The notes below the pieces were generated by a model, which was not told the DNA's origin, searched no databases, and was given only the letters and a program-made list of their open reading frames with translations. Both the position numbers and the translations under genes were made by a program. A DNA stretch of 64,000 bases from Haliotis rufescens (taxonomy: Eukaryota), in the NCBI RefSeq assembly GCF_023055435.1, contig NW_025964372.1, forward strand, positions 53,940,001 to 54,004,000, read 5' to 3'. Every line of letters starts with the position of its first letter. Position 1 is the first letter of the stretch. Positions 16,032-29,722 of this stretch are shown here, in pieces.

Positions 16032-17049
16032 TTTTTTTATTTTTATGTTTATTTATATACCAGTATTTGCAACATATCTAGTCCACCGGCCCCTATCCTA
16101 CGCCAAACCATTTATTGAAAATAACTCCCAAAATAACGCAGTCTCAAAGTGGGTAAGTTTTTGCAAAGTTTATGAAATGTTCATTAATTGACTGATACGG
16201 TCATCCGTGTGGTGTCGTCATCTTCAGCAACGACGAACATCGTCATGCCGCCGCCATCAACCACCCGACGGCATCAGGCAGTCAAGTAGAAAAACAGTTG
16301 CACACCCGCAGTTAAAATCCACCACTGCATTGCTGATCAAAGCGGGATTCTACAGGAATTCTTTAATAATTAATTTTAACCGGTATACAAATATTGCCGT
16401 GTGAAACTAGCCGTTGTTTTGCAGTTGTATGGCAGTACTTGGAGATCACCTATATAGCGTAGTTCCCTGACGGAGCGGGCCTGACTTCTTCACAATGACA
16501 TGCACATTAAACTTAGATGGCGTGGATATGGCTGAATGGAGAGTTTTATCTAAGGTTTAAGGAGTGTAAATAATTTATACGTTCATCATCGGAAACTGGT
16601 ATTACGTTAAATGTATGTTAAAAATGTTCTTTGTTACTGCGCGGCGCTGCCGATTTGCCTGTGTGAGAAGTGTCTTGTAGGACGCCCGACACAGTCGCCA
16701 TAGAGTTTGGATGCATTCATCACCGTTATATCACGCGCTCCGCTGAGAATATGGAAGCATACTCCGACAGGCCATATCCACTTAATGCTTAAATAATACA
16801 CACAGTGTGTGAGCCGCGGACTGACACACACACACCGCCATGCTCACCCACACAATTGCCGAGCGCCGAGAACGGAAAAGAATGGAAACTTTGCAACCGT
16901 ATACAATTTTGATTTTAAAGAATAATGTTTTGTACATGCATGGATTGGGTAGTGTTATTGACTACATTGCTACATTCATCAGTGGAAGCAAGCAGGTACA
17001 GACAATCGGTTTGCCTCTGGAGGGGAGACGGTTATCTGTTGTTTGCTTG

Positions 17050-17262
17050 TTTGTAAAAAAGTATTCTTTCTTGACATAAAAATATATTCCTGTTATAAGA
17101 TTATATTTGTATAAAATATTCTTTCTTGACATAAAAATATATTCCTGTTATAAGTATATATTTGTATAAAATAGTCTTTCTTGACATAAAAATATATTCC
17201 TGTTATAAGTATATATTTGTATAAAATATTCTTTTTTGACATAAAAATATATTTCTGTTATA
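17050..17262. repeat. 55-bp tandem repeat, ~4 copies
   Basis: tttgtataaaatattctttcttgacataaaaatatattcctgttataagtatata recurring every 55 bp. Confidence 0.9.
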
Positions 17263-17492
17263 ATTTGGCAATTACCGCTGCGACGGGCGTTAAAGTTCAG
17301 GTGGGTACTAATTTATCTTCAAATAAATACGCATTTGGTGATGGTAAATTAATTCTATTATTTCTTGCTTCTTTTGTTCATTATATCTTGGTTTTTTTTA
17401 TTTTTCATTTGAACACATATTTCAACGCGTCAGATCTGAGGAAGGTTCTAGAAGACCTGGAGTTGATGTGCCCGACAGTTCCGCGACGTCCG

Positions 17493-17565
17493 CCCCGGCA
17501 TTGGTACAGACCCCGGCATTGGTACAGACCCCGGCATTGGTACAGACCCCGGCATTGGTACAGAC
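17493..17565. repeat. 18-bp tandem repeat, 4 copies
   Basis: ccccggcattggtacaga x4. Confidence 0.95.
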
Positions 17566-18936
17566 TTATACACAGCGGAGCGGGAAGGAAAGCAGATTGT
17601 TGTCAACTGTCAAATACTCATCGATATGCAATAATATGAATAGTATCTAAGCTTAGGACTAGTTTTAAAATAATTTTAAGAAGAGATTGTTTAACAGAAA
17701 AATGAGAATAATACAAGAAAAGTATTAGTACCTGTATGAAAATAATCCTATGTAAAATCCCACGGGTTGAAACGTTGCCTGCATTTCCATGCTGTTTCTT
17801 CTTAAGTGACGGGTGAATAATGACATGATTTGCTATCATTAAAATACAACATTTAGCAGAAACTCGGCCGTGTTTTATATAACAAAGAATTATGGGGCCA
17901 ATACAACTACTACAAAAATATACAAACAAAGGCTTTATATAACATCTTCGTACAATATTCTACAGTTATTGAAAATATTCCGTTAACAATTGCTTTGTTT
18001 GCAACATAGAACTGGTCTGGATTTATTATTCAAGGAACACATATTAAGAAAGTGAAGCTTGTATGAGTTGCCGCAAGATGGGTGGGCCAGCCTGGATCTT
18101 ACAAACACAACTTCATAGCTGATCATTAATTAATAATTTTAAAATTAATAAAGCTCATAAATATATATGGAATGTAATAATTAAAATTGATCAAAATGTA
18201 GTCTTTGACTCCCATGTTGGAGGAACATGAACAGGCAAGCACCTTCTGTATTCTGTGTAAGCGGGGAAATGACGGACCCAGAAGTAGCCCTGGCACATTG
18301 TTTACAAATATTAAAGAAGTAGTTATCCATAAAAAAGTGTCCTGTCTTCATCACCAATTCATAGCCTAATTATTTAAATTTTTTCCGATGTGTTAGTTTT
18401 TTGGTGAAAATTTGATTTGTGATTACAGATTTGTTTTCCCTTTTCAGACCTTACACGAGTGAAGCTGTTTGCCTGATAGGCAAGTCTCCTCGGGCTCGGT
18501 GAGATTACTCCGCAGATGTGACAGTTGTTGTTAGTGCATAATCATATCACTGAATCACACGACGACAAGCCGTGGTGATGTACCTGGGTCGTCTGTTGAC
18601 GGGTGGACGGGTGTGGCGGGGTGTGTGTGTGTGTGGAGGAAACCTGGATATGTTCAGGATTCTCTACAAGGAGCGCGGGCTGCGAGGTGTCAGAGAGTGT
18701 GGCTAACTGGTATAAAACGCTACTTGTTTCGAATTCTTTATATGGACCACGGCCTGCCTAATTTAATTATATATATATATTTTTGTCAAATAGTGCGTCC
18801 AAACAAAATTACCAGTGTACAGCTGCTGCTGTTGGCTCTCTTATCCACTTTCATCCCTGTGTCAGGATGTATGGGGATGCTGTACGTGTATAACTATCGT
18901 ACTTCTCTATGGGTATAGCTATCGGCGTATACTTAC

Positions 18937-19279
18937 AATCACTAAGTTTGTCGTCGTTCTCGTCGTCCCCCGGTTGTGTGACGAAGTAGTCTGGGTGTGG
19001 TAGTTCTGCCGGGGGGTCGGGCCGGTGCCGGTAGAGAGGGTTCACGGAGGGGAACACTGGGTCGGACCTGTGCGGGCCTCTGTCCGACAGAATGTCTGAT
19101 ATAAGAAATGAGGGTTTGCTGTGGGGTGGCGAATATTTGACACCACCCCTCGGTGACTCTCTGTCCTCAGAGTTATCTGCCCCTGAAGTTGTTGAAGGAC
19201 TTTCGCATTTATCATTTCCAACAACGTCGCCCTCACTGTCGCTGTGGTTGAAGGCGACACTTGACTTGGAGTCGGACAT
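18937..19279 (-). CDS. BarH: BarH-like homeobox gene, coding exon 1 (N-terminus with eh1/FIL Groucho-interaction motif)
   Basis: ATG at 19279 with an in-frame TAA five codons upstream. Encodes Ser/acidic-rich MSDSKSS...KPSFLISDILSDR (eh1/FIL motif FxIxxIL). Ends GAT T|GTAAGT (consensus donor 18936-18931, phase 1). T plus exon-2 CA gives TCA, keeping frame with the homeodomain exon. Confidence 0.9.
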
Positions 19280-19559
19280 GTCGGATGTAAATTACAAACT
19301 CCAGTAGATGTAGAATGTCCGCGAGGGTCGAGTGTAAATGGGTGGGGGTGAAGGTGGCCAGTACTTTTGTTCAAAGAACACACAACCCAAACTGTGGTTC
19401 CAAGAAATACAGAAATCTCTCAATTCCAAATGTTGTCTCAATGTTGTGACAATCTTTCCCACAGTTCCAGGCGACCGTCATCCGTCTGTGACTCGGTTGT
19501 AAGACGACTTCATTCCATCCAGAAACACAAGTTTGGATAATCAGACTTAATCAGCTATC

Positions 19560-19930
19560 AACCAACCACTGCCGTTCAGTTTATCCTGTCTTGTTGCTAT
19601 AATGAGCCAGGACGATGCGAGTCCTATTGGGCGGCACTCTCGCTACTTACTGGCGCAGATTGTCACAGTTCGCGGGAATCAATACTCTTCAGCACCGATC
19701 ACTGCAATTTCGATTTGTTTGCAAATTATCTCGACTATGCGCGTCGAGCGGTGGGACATCTATCATGCTTCAGCGTGTTATTCGCTCCGACCTGTCCATG
19801 TGTGTCAGTAACAACTGTATTGACACGCATTCAGCCAATCATCCGCCAGGAGGTGTGGCTTACTGAGTGCAGTGGGCGGGGCAAGTGTGTATTGACAAAC
19901 GCGTGGAGCGAGGCGGGGATACGTTCGCTC
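19560..19930 (-). promoter_or_regulatory. Candidate BarH proximal promoter (CCAAT and GC boxes)
   Basis: CpG-rich unique DNA upstream of the ATG. Minus-strand CCAAT next to GGGCGG at ~19624-19635, AGCCAATCA 19833-19841, GGGCGGGG 19874-19881, GAGGCGGGG ~19910. TSS not determinable. Confidence 0.5.
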
Positions 19931-21364
19931 TCGTTTGTCGAAGTAGGAGGGAAGTCGTCGTGTTCGACGTAATCATAAACATTATTCCCTACGACTGATC
20001 TGCCGACAACACGACAGCTCGGAAACACCAGCACATTAGCGCACAAAGTGTCCTCCATGTTGGTCTGTCCCAGTAAATGACTCAAGTGCGAAACAATGGC
20101 GAATGTTGGGAGAGGCCAGTTGGAGATGGAGATGTATGACGCTTGGCGCCTGTCTCCTTAGGCACACTCAACTCACACGCACACGCACACGCACACGCAC
20201 ACGCACATTGCAGCAGCAAATTATTGATGCAGGTTTTGCCGAGAAGATAAACCACTATTTTAATTATTTTAATAGTTGCATTATTCGTTCATCTATGATG
20301 TCCACACAGGGCTGAGCCATTCCTGTTGTAGCAATGTCTTCGTAACTGACCATGTTGGCGTTACTGCGGAGTCCAATACATTTTGTCACTTACACCGTGG
20401 GCTGCTGCCCTGCTCAGCACTGACGCGAGTCTACAATCAGCGCTACCACAAAACCCATCCTCTCCAGCGGTCAACATGTCTACAAGGGTCACTTCTCTTT
20501 CTTCCATGAGCCATAATATTAATGTCGTCAAAAGCTACCCGTTATCTAATGTGGAGGAAATGTACGCGAGTTATATCGAAGTCATTATGCCTAAATGAAA
20601 TGAAACACCAGGAATTATGAAGTGCCGCTTTATGCGTACAGACCACGAACACCAGGGCCCAGTTGCACAAAGGATATAAGCCCTACGACTGTCATGAGCC
20701 TGTGTTAAAGTATTGGAGTACGATCATCTTGGCCCTAAGACAGCGTTGTGCTGGGTCCTGGTTGTACACTGATGCGTCTTCTTGCTTGCAACTGTCACCG
20801 TTGTGGCTGCCTCCTGTATCTCCATCACTTGAACTCTTTGTTAACAGCCCCTAAACAACACAAAGTGCTGAAAAAACCATGTTGGTGATGGCATAAGGCA
20901 GTGATTAATAAATAATTTGCCATAATCAAAACACATACAAATTGCCCGCGTCCCGAGTTGAGACTCGTGACGGATCAATATCGCAGTCCCCAATGTGTGC
21001 TGCAGTGTGTGAAATATGCATGGCATCTTCCTGACTGGATGCATGGCTGTCACTGTGGTATATAGTCCTCAACGTCTTTGAAGAAACAATGGGAAACTGT
21101 TTAATTGACTTGGACACACTGGAACATTGTGTATGGAATATTGTGTATGGCGGAATGAAACCCGTCTTCCCATCTCGTCTGCGTTGTTCCAGTATTGACG
21201 AAACACCCGATACCAACAAATGGCACTGTACGTCATAACGGCGTAGAAACCAAACTCCCCACCCTCCCCAAACTCCCCACCCTCGTCTCTCTCTACCCTG
21301 ATACAATCCCATCTTCTTTTCGTCCATCAACTCACCCTCCTATCACGAACGCACCCTCATAGCT

Positions 21365-22712
21365 CTACTCCACCCCACCCGCTCACTCACTTTCCCCCTA
21401 CTCCCCACCACACCCCGTGCAACTCCCCACCACACCGCCATGCAATTCCACTTTCCCCACCTCCCCACCACACCGCCATGCAATTCCACTTTCCCCCTTA
21501 TCCCCACTCCACCCCGTGCAATTCCACTTTCCCCCTTATCCCCACTCCACCCCGTGCAACTCCACTTTCCCCCTACTCCCCACCACACCGCCATGCAATT
21601 CCACTTTCCCCACCTCCCCACCACACCGCCATGCAATTCCACTTTCCCAACCTCCTCACCACACCGCCATGCAATTCCACTTTTCCCACCTCCCCACCAC
21701 ACCCCGTTCAACTCCACTTCCCCACCCCGTTCAACTCCACTTCCCCACTTCCCCACCACACCCCGTACAACTCCACTTTCCCCACCTCCTCACCACACCG
21801 CCATGCAATTCCACTTTCCCCACCTCCTCACCACACCGCCATGCAATTCCACTTTCCCCACCTCCTCACCACACCGCCATGCAATTCCACTTTCCCCACC
21901 TCCTCACCACACCGCCATGCAATTCCACTTTCCCCACCTCCCCACCACACCCCCATGCAACTCCTCTTCCCCACCTCCCCACCACACCCCGTACAACTCC
22001 ACTTCCCCACCTCCCCACCCCGTACAACTCCACTTTCCTTAACCTCCCCACGCCACCTAGCGCAAACCCACTTTCCCCCAACCTCCCGACCCGTGAGAGA
22101 TTCCGGGGTAGAATAGGTCTTCAGCAACCCATGCTTGTCGTAAAAGGCGACTAACGGGATCGGCTGGTCAGGCTCGCTGACTTGGTTGATGCAGGTCATC
22201 GTATCCTAATTACGTGGATCGATGCTCATGATATTAATCACTGTATTGTCAGGTCCAGACTCGATTATTAACAGACCGCCGTCATATAGCTTGAATATTG
22301 CTGAGTGAGGGGTAAAACAACAAACCAACAACCAAACCAACCTCCCCACCCCACCCCACCCCACACAGTGCAACTCCACTTTCCTCCAACATCCCCACCC
22401 CACCCCATGCAACTCCACTTTCCCTAATCTCCCCACCCCACCTAGCGCAACTCCACTTTCCCTAACCTCCCCACCCCGTGCAACTCAACTTTCCCCATCT
22501 CCCCACCACATCCTGTGCAACTCCCTTTTTCCGAACCTCCCCACCCCGTACAGCTCCACTTTCCCCACCTCCTCACCACACCGCCATGCAATTCCACTTT
22601 CCCTAACCTACCCACCCCACCCCGTGCAACTCCACCCATACCCCTCTCTCCACCCCCCCACCCCCCAGCCCCACCCCACCCCCCACCCCCTCTACCCAAC
22701 CCTACCTCCACC
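21365..22712. repeat. Degenerate C-rich ~38-bp minisatellite interrupted by a SINE-like element
   Basis: Unit ccaccacaccgccatgcaattccactttccccacctcc on both sides of 22089-22340. Confidence 0.9.
22089..22340 (+). mobile_element. SINE-like interspersed repeat
   Basis: Unique-complexity insert in a C-rich array. 3' end (gaatattgctgagtg..gtaaaac plus (caaac)n tail) matches the 3' ends of the tRNA-SINEs at 37836 and 54800. 5' part recurs at 46030-46090. Confidence 0.75.
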
Positions 22713-22959
22713 CTGTAATTCCCACCATTTGTGTAATTTCACCCAGTGTATAATCAGCTGTATAAATTAAAAAAAATGGAAGTTTAAATCATCAGAACAA
22801 TTTCCCAAACTGATCTTAGAACAAAGGCGATCTTGTCTCTTATTTGTTAACTAAGGTAAGACTTATGGCAATGGTCGCTTTGTAGAACGGGAAGTGCAGA
22901 AATTCTGCTGAAATTGATGAGGCTGGGATAGACTTTCCCGGCGACTTACTTAACATCAA

Positions 22960-25900
22960 ACGGATCCACCCCAGACCACACAAATCCACCTCCCACGACA
23001 CTTACATCCACCTCCCACCACACAAAGATCAACCAAGCACCACACACAAATCCACCTCCCACCACAAACAAATCCCCCTCCCACCACAAACAAATCCCCC
23101 TCCCACCACAAACAAATCCACCTCCCACCACACACAAATCCACCTCCCACCACACACAAACCCACCTCCCACCAAAAACAAATCCACCTCCCACCACACA
23201 CAAATCCACCTCCCACCACACACAAATCCACCTCCTACCACACACAAACCCATCTCCCACCACAAACAAATCCACCTCCCACCACACACAAATCCACCTC
23301 CCACCACACACAAATCCACATCCTACCAGACACAGACATCTCCCTCCACACAAATCCACCTGTCACCGCACAAATCCACCTCCAACCACACAAACCCACC
23401 TCCCATCACACACAGATCCATCTCCTACCACACACAAATCCACCTCCCACCACACATAAATCCACCTCCTACCACACACAAACCCACCTCCCACAACAAA
23501 CAAATCCACCTCCCACCACACACAAATCCACCTCCCACCACACACAAACCCACCTCCCACCACAAACAAATCCACCTCCCACCACACACAAATCCACCTC
23601 CCACCACAAACAAATCCACCTCCTACCACACACAAACCCATCTCCCACCACAAACAAATCCACCTCCCACCACACACAAATCCACCTCCCACCACACACA
23701 AATCCATCTCCTACCAGACACAGACATCTCCCTCCACACAAATCCACCTGTCACCGCACAAATCCATCTCCAACCACACAAACCCACCTCCCACCACAAA
23801 CAAATCCACCTCCCACCACACACAAACTCACCTCCCACCACAAACAAATCCACCTCCCACCACACACAAATCCACCTCCCACCACACACAAATCCATCTC
23901 CTACCAGACACAGACATCTCCCTCCACACAAATCCACCTGTCACCGCACAAATCCACCTCCAACCACACAAACCCACCTCCCACCACACACAGATCCATC
24001 TCCTACCGCACACGGATCCACCTCCCACCACACACAGATCCATCTCCTACCGCACACGGATCCATCTCCCACCACACAGAGATACATCTCCCACCACACA
24101 CAAATCCATCTCCTACCGCACACACATCCATCTCCCACCACAGAGACCCATCTCCAACCAGACACAGATGCATCTCCCACCACAAACAGATGCATCTCCC
24201 ACCACACACAGATGCACCTCCCACCACAAACAGATGCATCTCCCACCACAAACAGATGCATCTCCCACCACAGAGACCCATCTCCAACCAGACACAGATG
24301 CATCTCCCACCACACACAGATGCATCTCCCACCACACACAGATGCATCTCCCACCACACACAGATGCATCTCCCACCACAAACAGATGCATCTCCCACCA
24401 CACACAGATGCATCTCCCACCACAAACAGATGCATCTCCCACCACACACAGATGCATCTCCCACCACAAACAGATGCATCTCCCACCACACACAGATGCA
24501 TCTCCCACCACACACAGATGCATCTCCCACCACACACAGATGCACCTCCCACCACACACAGATGCATCTCCCACCACAAACAGATGCATCTCCCACCACA
24601 CACAGATGCATCTCCCACCACAAACAGATGCATCTCCCACCACACACAGATGCATCTCCCACCACACACAGATGCATCTCCCACCACAAACAGATCCATC
24701 TCCCACCACACACAGATCCATCTCCCACCATACACATCCATCACCCACCACACACAGATCCATCTCCCACCACAAACATATGCATCTCCCACAAAACACA
24801 GATGCATCTCCCAACACACAGATCCATCTCCCAACACACAGATCCATCTCCAACCATACACAGATGCATCTCCCACCACACACATCCATCTCCCACCACA
24901 CACAGATGCATCTCCCACCATACACAGATGCATCTCCCACCACACAGATGCATCTCCCACCACACACAGATGCATCTCCCACCACACACAGATGCATCTC
25001 CCACCACACAGATGCATCTCCCACCACACAGATGCATCTACCACCACGCAGATGCATCTCCCACCACACACAGATGCATCTCCCACCACACACAGATGCA
25101 TCTCCCACCACACACAGATGCATCTCCCACCACACAGATGCATCTCCCACCACACAGATGCATCTCCCACCACACACAGATGCATCTCCCACCACACAGA
25201 TGCATCTCCCACCACACAGATGCATCTCCCACCACACAGATGCCTATCCCACCACACAGATGCATCTGCCACCATACACAGATGCATCTCCCACCACACA
25301 CAGATGCATCTCCCACCACACACAGATGCATCTCCCACCACACACAGATGCATCTCCCACCACACACAGATGCATCTCCCACCACACAGATGCATCTCCC
25401 ACCACACACAGATCCATCTCCCACCACACAGATGCATCTCCCACCACACAGATGCATCTCCCACCACACAGATGCATCTCCCACCACACACAGATGCATC
25501 TCCCACCACACACAGATGCATCTCCCACCACACACAGATGCATCTCCCACCACACACAGATGCATCTCCCACCACACAGATGCATCTCCCACCACACACA
25601 GATCCATCTCCCACCACACAGATGCCTATCCCACCACACAGATGCATCTGCCACCATACACAGATGCATCTCCCACCATACACAGATGCATCTCCCACCA
25701 CACAGATGCATCTCCCACCACACACAGATGCATCTCCCACCACACACAGATGCATCTCCCACCACACAGATGCATCTCCCACCACACACAGATGCATCTC
25801 CCACCACACAGATGCATCTCCCACCACACACAGATGCATCTCCCACCACACAGATGCATCTCCCACCACACACAGATGCATCTCCCACCACACACAGATG

Positions 25901-28340
25901 CATCTCCCACCACACAGATGCATCTCCCACCACACATATGCATCTCCCACCACACACAGATGCATCTCCCACCACACAGATGCATCTCCCACCACACACA
26001 GATGCATCTCCAACCATACACATCCATCTCCCGCCACACAGATGTATCTACCACCACAAACATATGCATCTCCCACCAAACACAGATGCATCTCCCACCA
26101 CACAGATCCATATCCCACCTCACAGATGCCTATCCCACCACAAACAGATCCATCTGCCACCACACAGATCCATCTGCCACCACAAACATCCATCTCCCAC
26201 CACACAGTTCCATCTCCCACCACACACAGTTGCATCTCCCACCACACACAGATCCACCTCCCACCAAACACAAATCTACCTCCCACCACACACAGATCCA
26301 TCTCCCACCACCCAAATCCACCTCCCACCACACACAGATCCATCTCCCACCACCCAAATCCACCTCCCACCACACACAGATATATCTCCCACCACCCAAA
26401 TCCACCTCCCACCACACACTAACCCGACTCCGTCCACAAACAGATCCATCTCCCACCACACACAAATCCACCTACCACCACAATGAGATACATCTCCCAC
26501 CACACAAATCAATCTCCCACAGATGCATCTCCCACCATACACACATCCATCTCCCACAGTACACAAATGCACCTCCCACCACACAAATCCACCCCACAGA
26601 TGCATCTCCCACCATACACACATCCATCTCCCACAGTACACAAATGCACCTCCCACCACACAAATCCACCACACAGATGCATCTCCCACCAGACACACAG
26701 ATCCATCTCCCATCACACACATCCATCTCCCACCAGACACACATCCATCTCCCACCACACAGATCCATCTCCCACCAGACACATCCATCTCCCACCACAC
26801 ACATCAATCTCCCACCACACACATCCATCTCCAACCGCACACATCCATCTCCCACCACACACAGTTGTATCTCCCACCACACACACCCATCTCCCACCAC
26901 ACACATCCATCACCCACCACACCCATCCATCTCCCACCACACACATCCATCTCCCACCACACAGATCCATCTCAGACCACACACATCCATCTCCCACCAC
27001 ACACAGATGCATCTCCCACCACACAGATGCATCTCCCACCACACACAAATCCACCCCACAGATCCATCTCCCACCACACAGATCCACCTCCCACCACACA
27101 AACCCACCTTCACCACACGGATCCACCTCCCACCACACAAACCCACCTCACGGATCCACCTCCCACCACACAAACCCACCTCCACCACACAGATCCATCT
27201 CCCACCACACAAACCCACCTTCACCACACGGATCCACCTCCCACCACACAAACCCACCTCACGGATCCACCTCCCACCACACAAACCCACCTCCACCACA
27301 CAGATCCACCTCCCACCACACAAACCCACCTTCACCGCACGGATCCACCTCCCACCACACAAACCCACTTCCCCCCACACAAACCCACCTCCACCACACA
27401 GATCCAACTCCCACTTCACAAACCCACCTCCCACCACACAAACCAACCTCCCACCACACAAACCCACCTCCACCACACGGATCCACCTCCCACCACACAA
27501 ACCCACTTCCCCCCACACAAACCCACCCCCACCACACAAATCCACCTCCCACTACACAAACCCACCTCCACCACACAGATCCACCTCCCACTACACAAAC
27601 CCACCTCCACCACACAAACCCACCTCCACCACACAGATCCACCTCCCACCACACAAACCAACCTCCACCCCACGGATCCACCTCCCACCACACAAACCCA
27701 CCTCCCACCACACAAATCCACCTCCACCACACAAACCCACCTCCACCACACGGATCCACCTCCCACCACACAAACCAACCTCCCACCACACGGATCCACC
27801 TCCCACCACACAAACCCACCTCCACCACACAGATCCACCTCCCACCACACAAACCCTTCTCCCACCACACGGATCCACCTCCCACCACACAAACCCACCT
27901 CCACCACACAGATCTACCTCCACCACACAGATCCACCTCCTACCACACAAACCCACCTCCACCACACAGATCCACCTCCACCACACAGATCCACCTCCCA
28001 CCACACAAACCCACCTCCACCACACAGATCCACCTCCCACCACACAGATCCACCTCCCACCACACAAACCCACCTCCACCACACAGATCCACCTCCCACC
28101 ACACAAACCCACCTCCACCACACGGATCCACCTCCCACCACACAAACCCACCTCCCACCACACAAATCCACCTCCACCACACAAACCCACCTCCCACCGC
28201 ACACAGATCCACCTCCCACCACACAAATCCACCTCCACCACACAAACCCACCTCCCACCACACAAACCCACCTCCCACCGCACACAGATCCAACCTCACC
28301 TCACAAACCCACCTCCCACCACACACAAATTCACCTCCCA
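22960..28340. repeat. C/A-rich 20-22-bp minisatellite (~5.4 kb)
   Basis: Units acaaatccacctcccaccacac grading into acagatgcatctcccaccacac and back. Confidence 0.95.
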
Positions 28341-28971
28341 ACACCGATATACCACCTCAACAATACTGAGGCACACATCTTACGCTCGAGGTAACAGTCC
28401 CTGTTTCGAGGATGTTACAGAAGAGTGTTATCCTGACGACTTCCACGCCTGGTTTGTGTTTGGAGGAACCTGATGGGAGACAATGAGAGGTGGTGCCCAG
28501 CCGAGCAGCCCCACGACAACACGGGGACTGCCTCACCAGTTAAATGCTCTTTCTTTGTACAAAATAATTACATTTTCATTGAGTCCTGTGCTTACGTTAG
28601 GGGTTGCGCGGCGTGAGAGGGTGATTGTGAACCGTTACGGGCCAATCTGCTGCATGGCCCCAGGCTTTCGGCTCAAGCGCTCATGCCATTCTTTCCTCTC
28701 GCTAAATCCAAATTTCATACAGTGAGCAGCCCTTTAGATGAGGTTAATCTTTTATTGAAATGCCAATCAAGGGCGATGAGATGTGTTGCGAGGACACAGG
28801 CAAGAGCTTAGTATCAATACCAACGACTTTTCATGGGCGGATTGCATTGACTGTCTGTATCTCTTTGTCACAAGTAAACATGATCACACTGACAACTCAG
28901 TCAGTCGTGGGAGGGACTCTCACATATGTGGAGGGGGTGATTGTGGCGGGATGGGGGCGGAGATGGTAGGA

Positions 28972-29722
28972 CGAGAGTGGGGTGACGGGACTGGGGTGAC
29001 AATGACGGGATGAGAGTGGGGTGACGGGACTGGGGTGACAGTGACGGTATGAGAGTGGGGTGACGGGACTGGGGTGACAATGACGGGATGAGAGTGGGGT
29101 GACGGGACTGGGGTGACAGTGACGGTATGAGAGTGGGCGGACGGGACTGGGGTGACAGTGACGGTATGAGAGTGGGGTGACGGGACTGGGGTGACAGTGA
29201 CGGTATGAGAGTGGGGTGACGGGACTGGGGTGACAGTGTCGGGAGGAGAGTGGGGTGACGGGACTGGGGTGACAGTGACGGGATGAGAGTGGGGTGACGG
29301 GACTGGGGTGACAGTGACGGTATGAGAGTGGGCGGACAGGACTGGGGTGACAGTGACGGTATGAGAGTGGGGTGACGGGACTGGGGTGACAGTGACGGTA
29401 TGAGAGTGGGGTGACGGGACTGGGGTGACAGTGTCGGGAGGAGAGTGGGGTGACGGGACTGGGGTGACAGTGACGGGATGAGAGTTGGGTGACGGGACTG
29501 GGGTGACAGTGACGGTATGAGAGTGGGCGGACGGGACTGGGGTGACAGTGACGGTATGAGAGTGGGGTGACGGGACTGGGGTGACAGTGACGGTATGAGA
29601 GTGGGGTGACGGGACTGGGGTGACAGTGTCGGGAGGAGAGTGGGGTGACGGGACTGGGGTGACAGTGACGGGATGAGAGTGGGTTGACGGGACTGGGGTG
29701 ACAGTGTCGGGATGAGAGTGAG
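28972..29722. repeat. 39-bp G-rich minisatellite, ~19 copies
   Basis: Unit gagagtggggtgacgggactggggtgacagtgacggtat. Confidence 0.95.

Noticed and set aside
22795-22895. Possible MITE relic (gatcttag..ctaag; aagcgatcttagcgct also at ~33581)
   Set aside because: Inverted repeats too degenerate to define ends or TSD.
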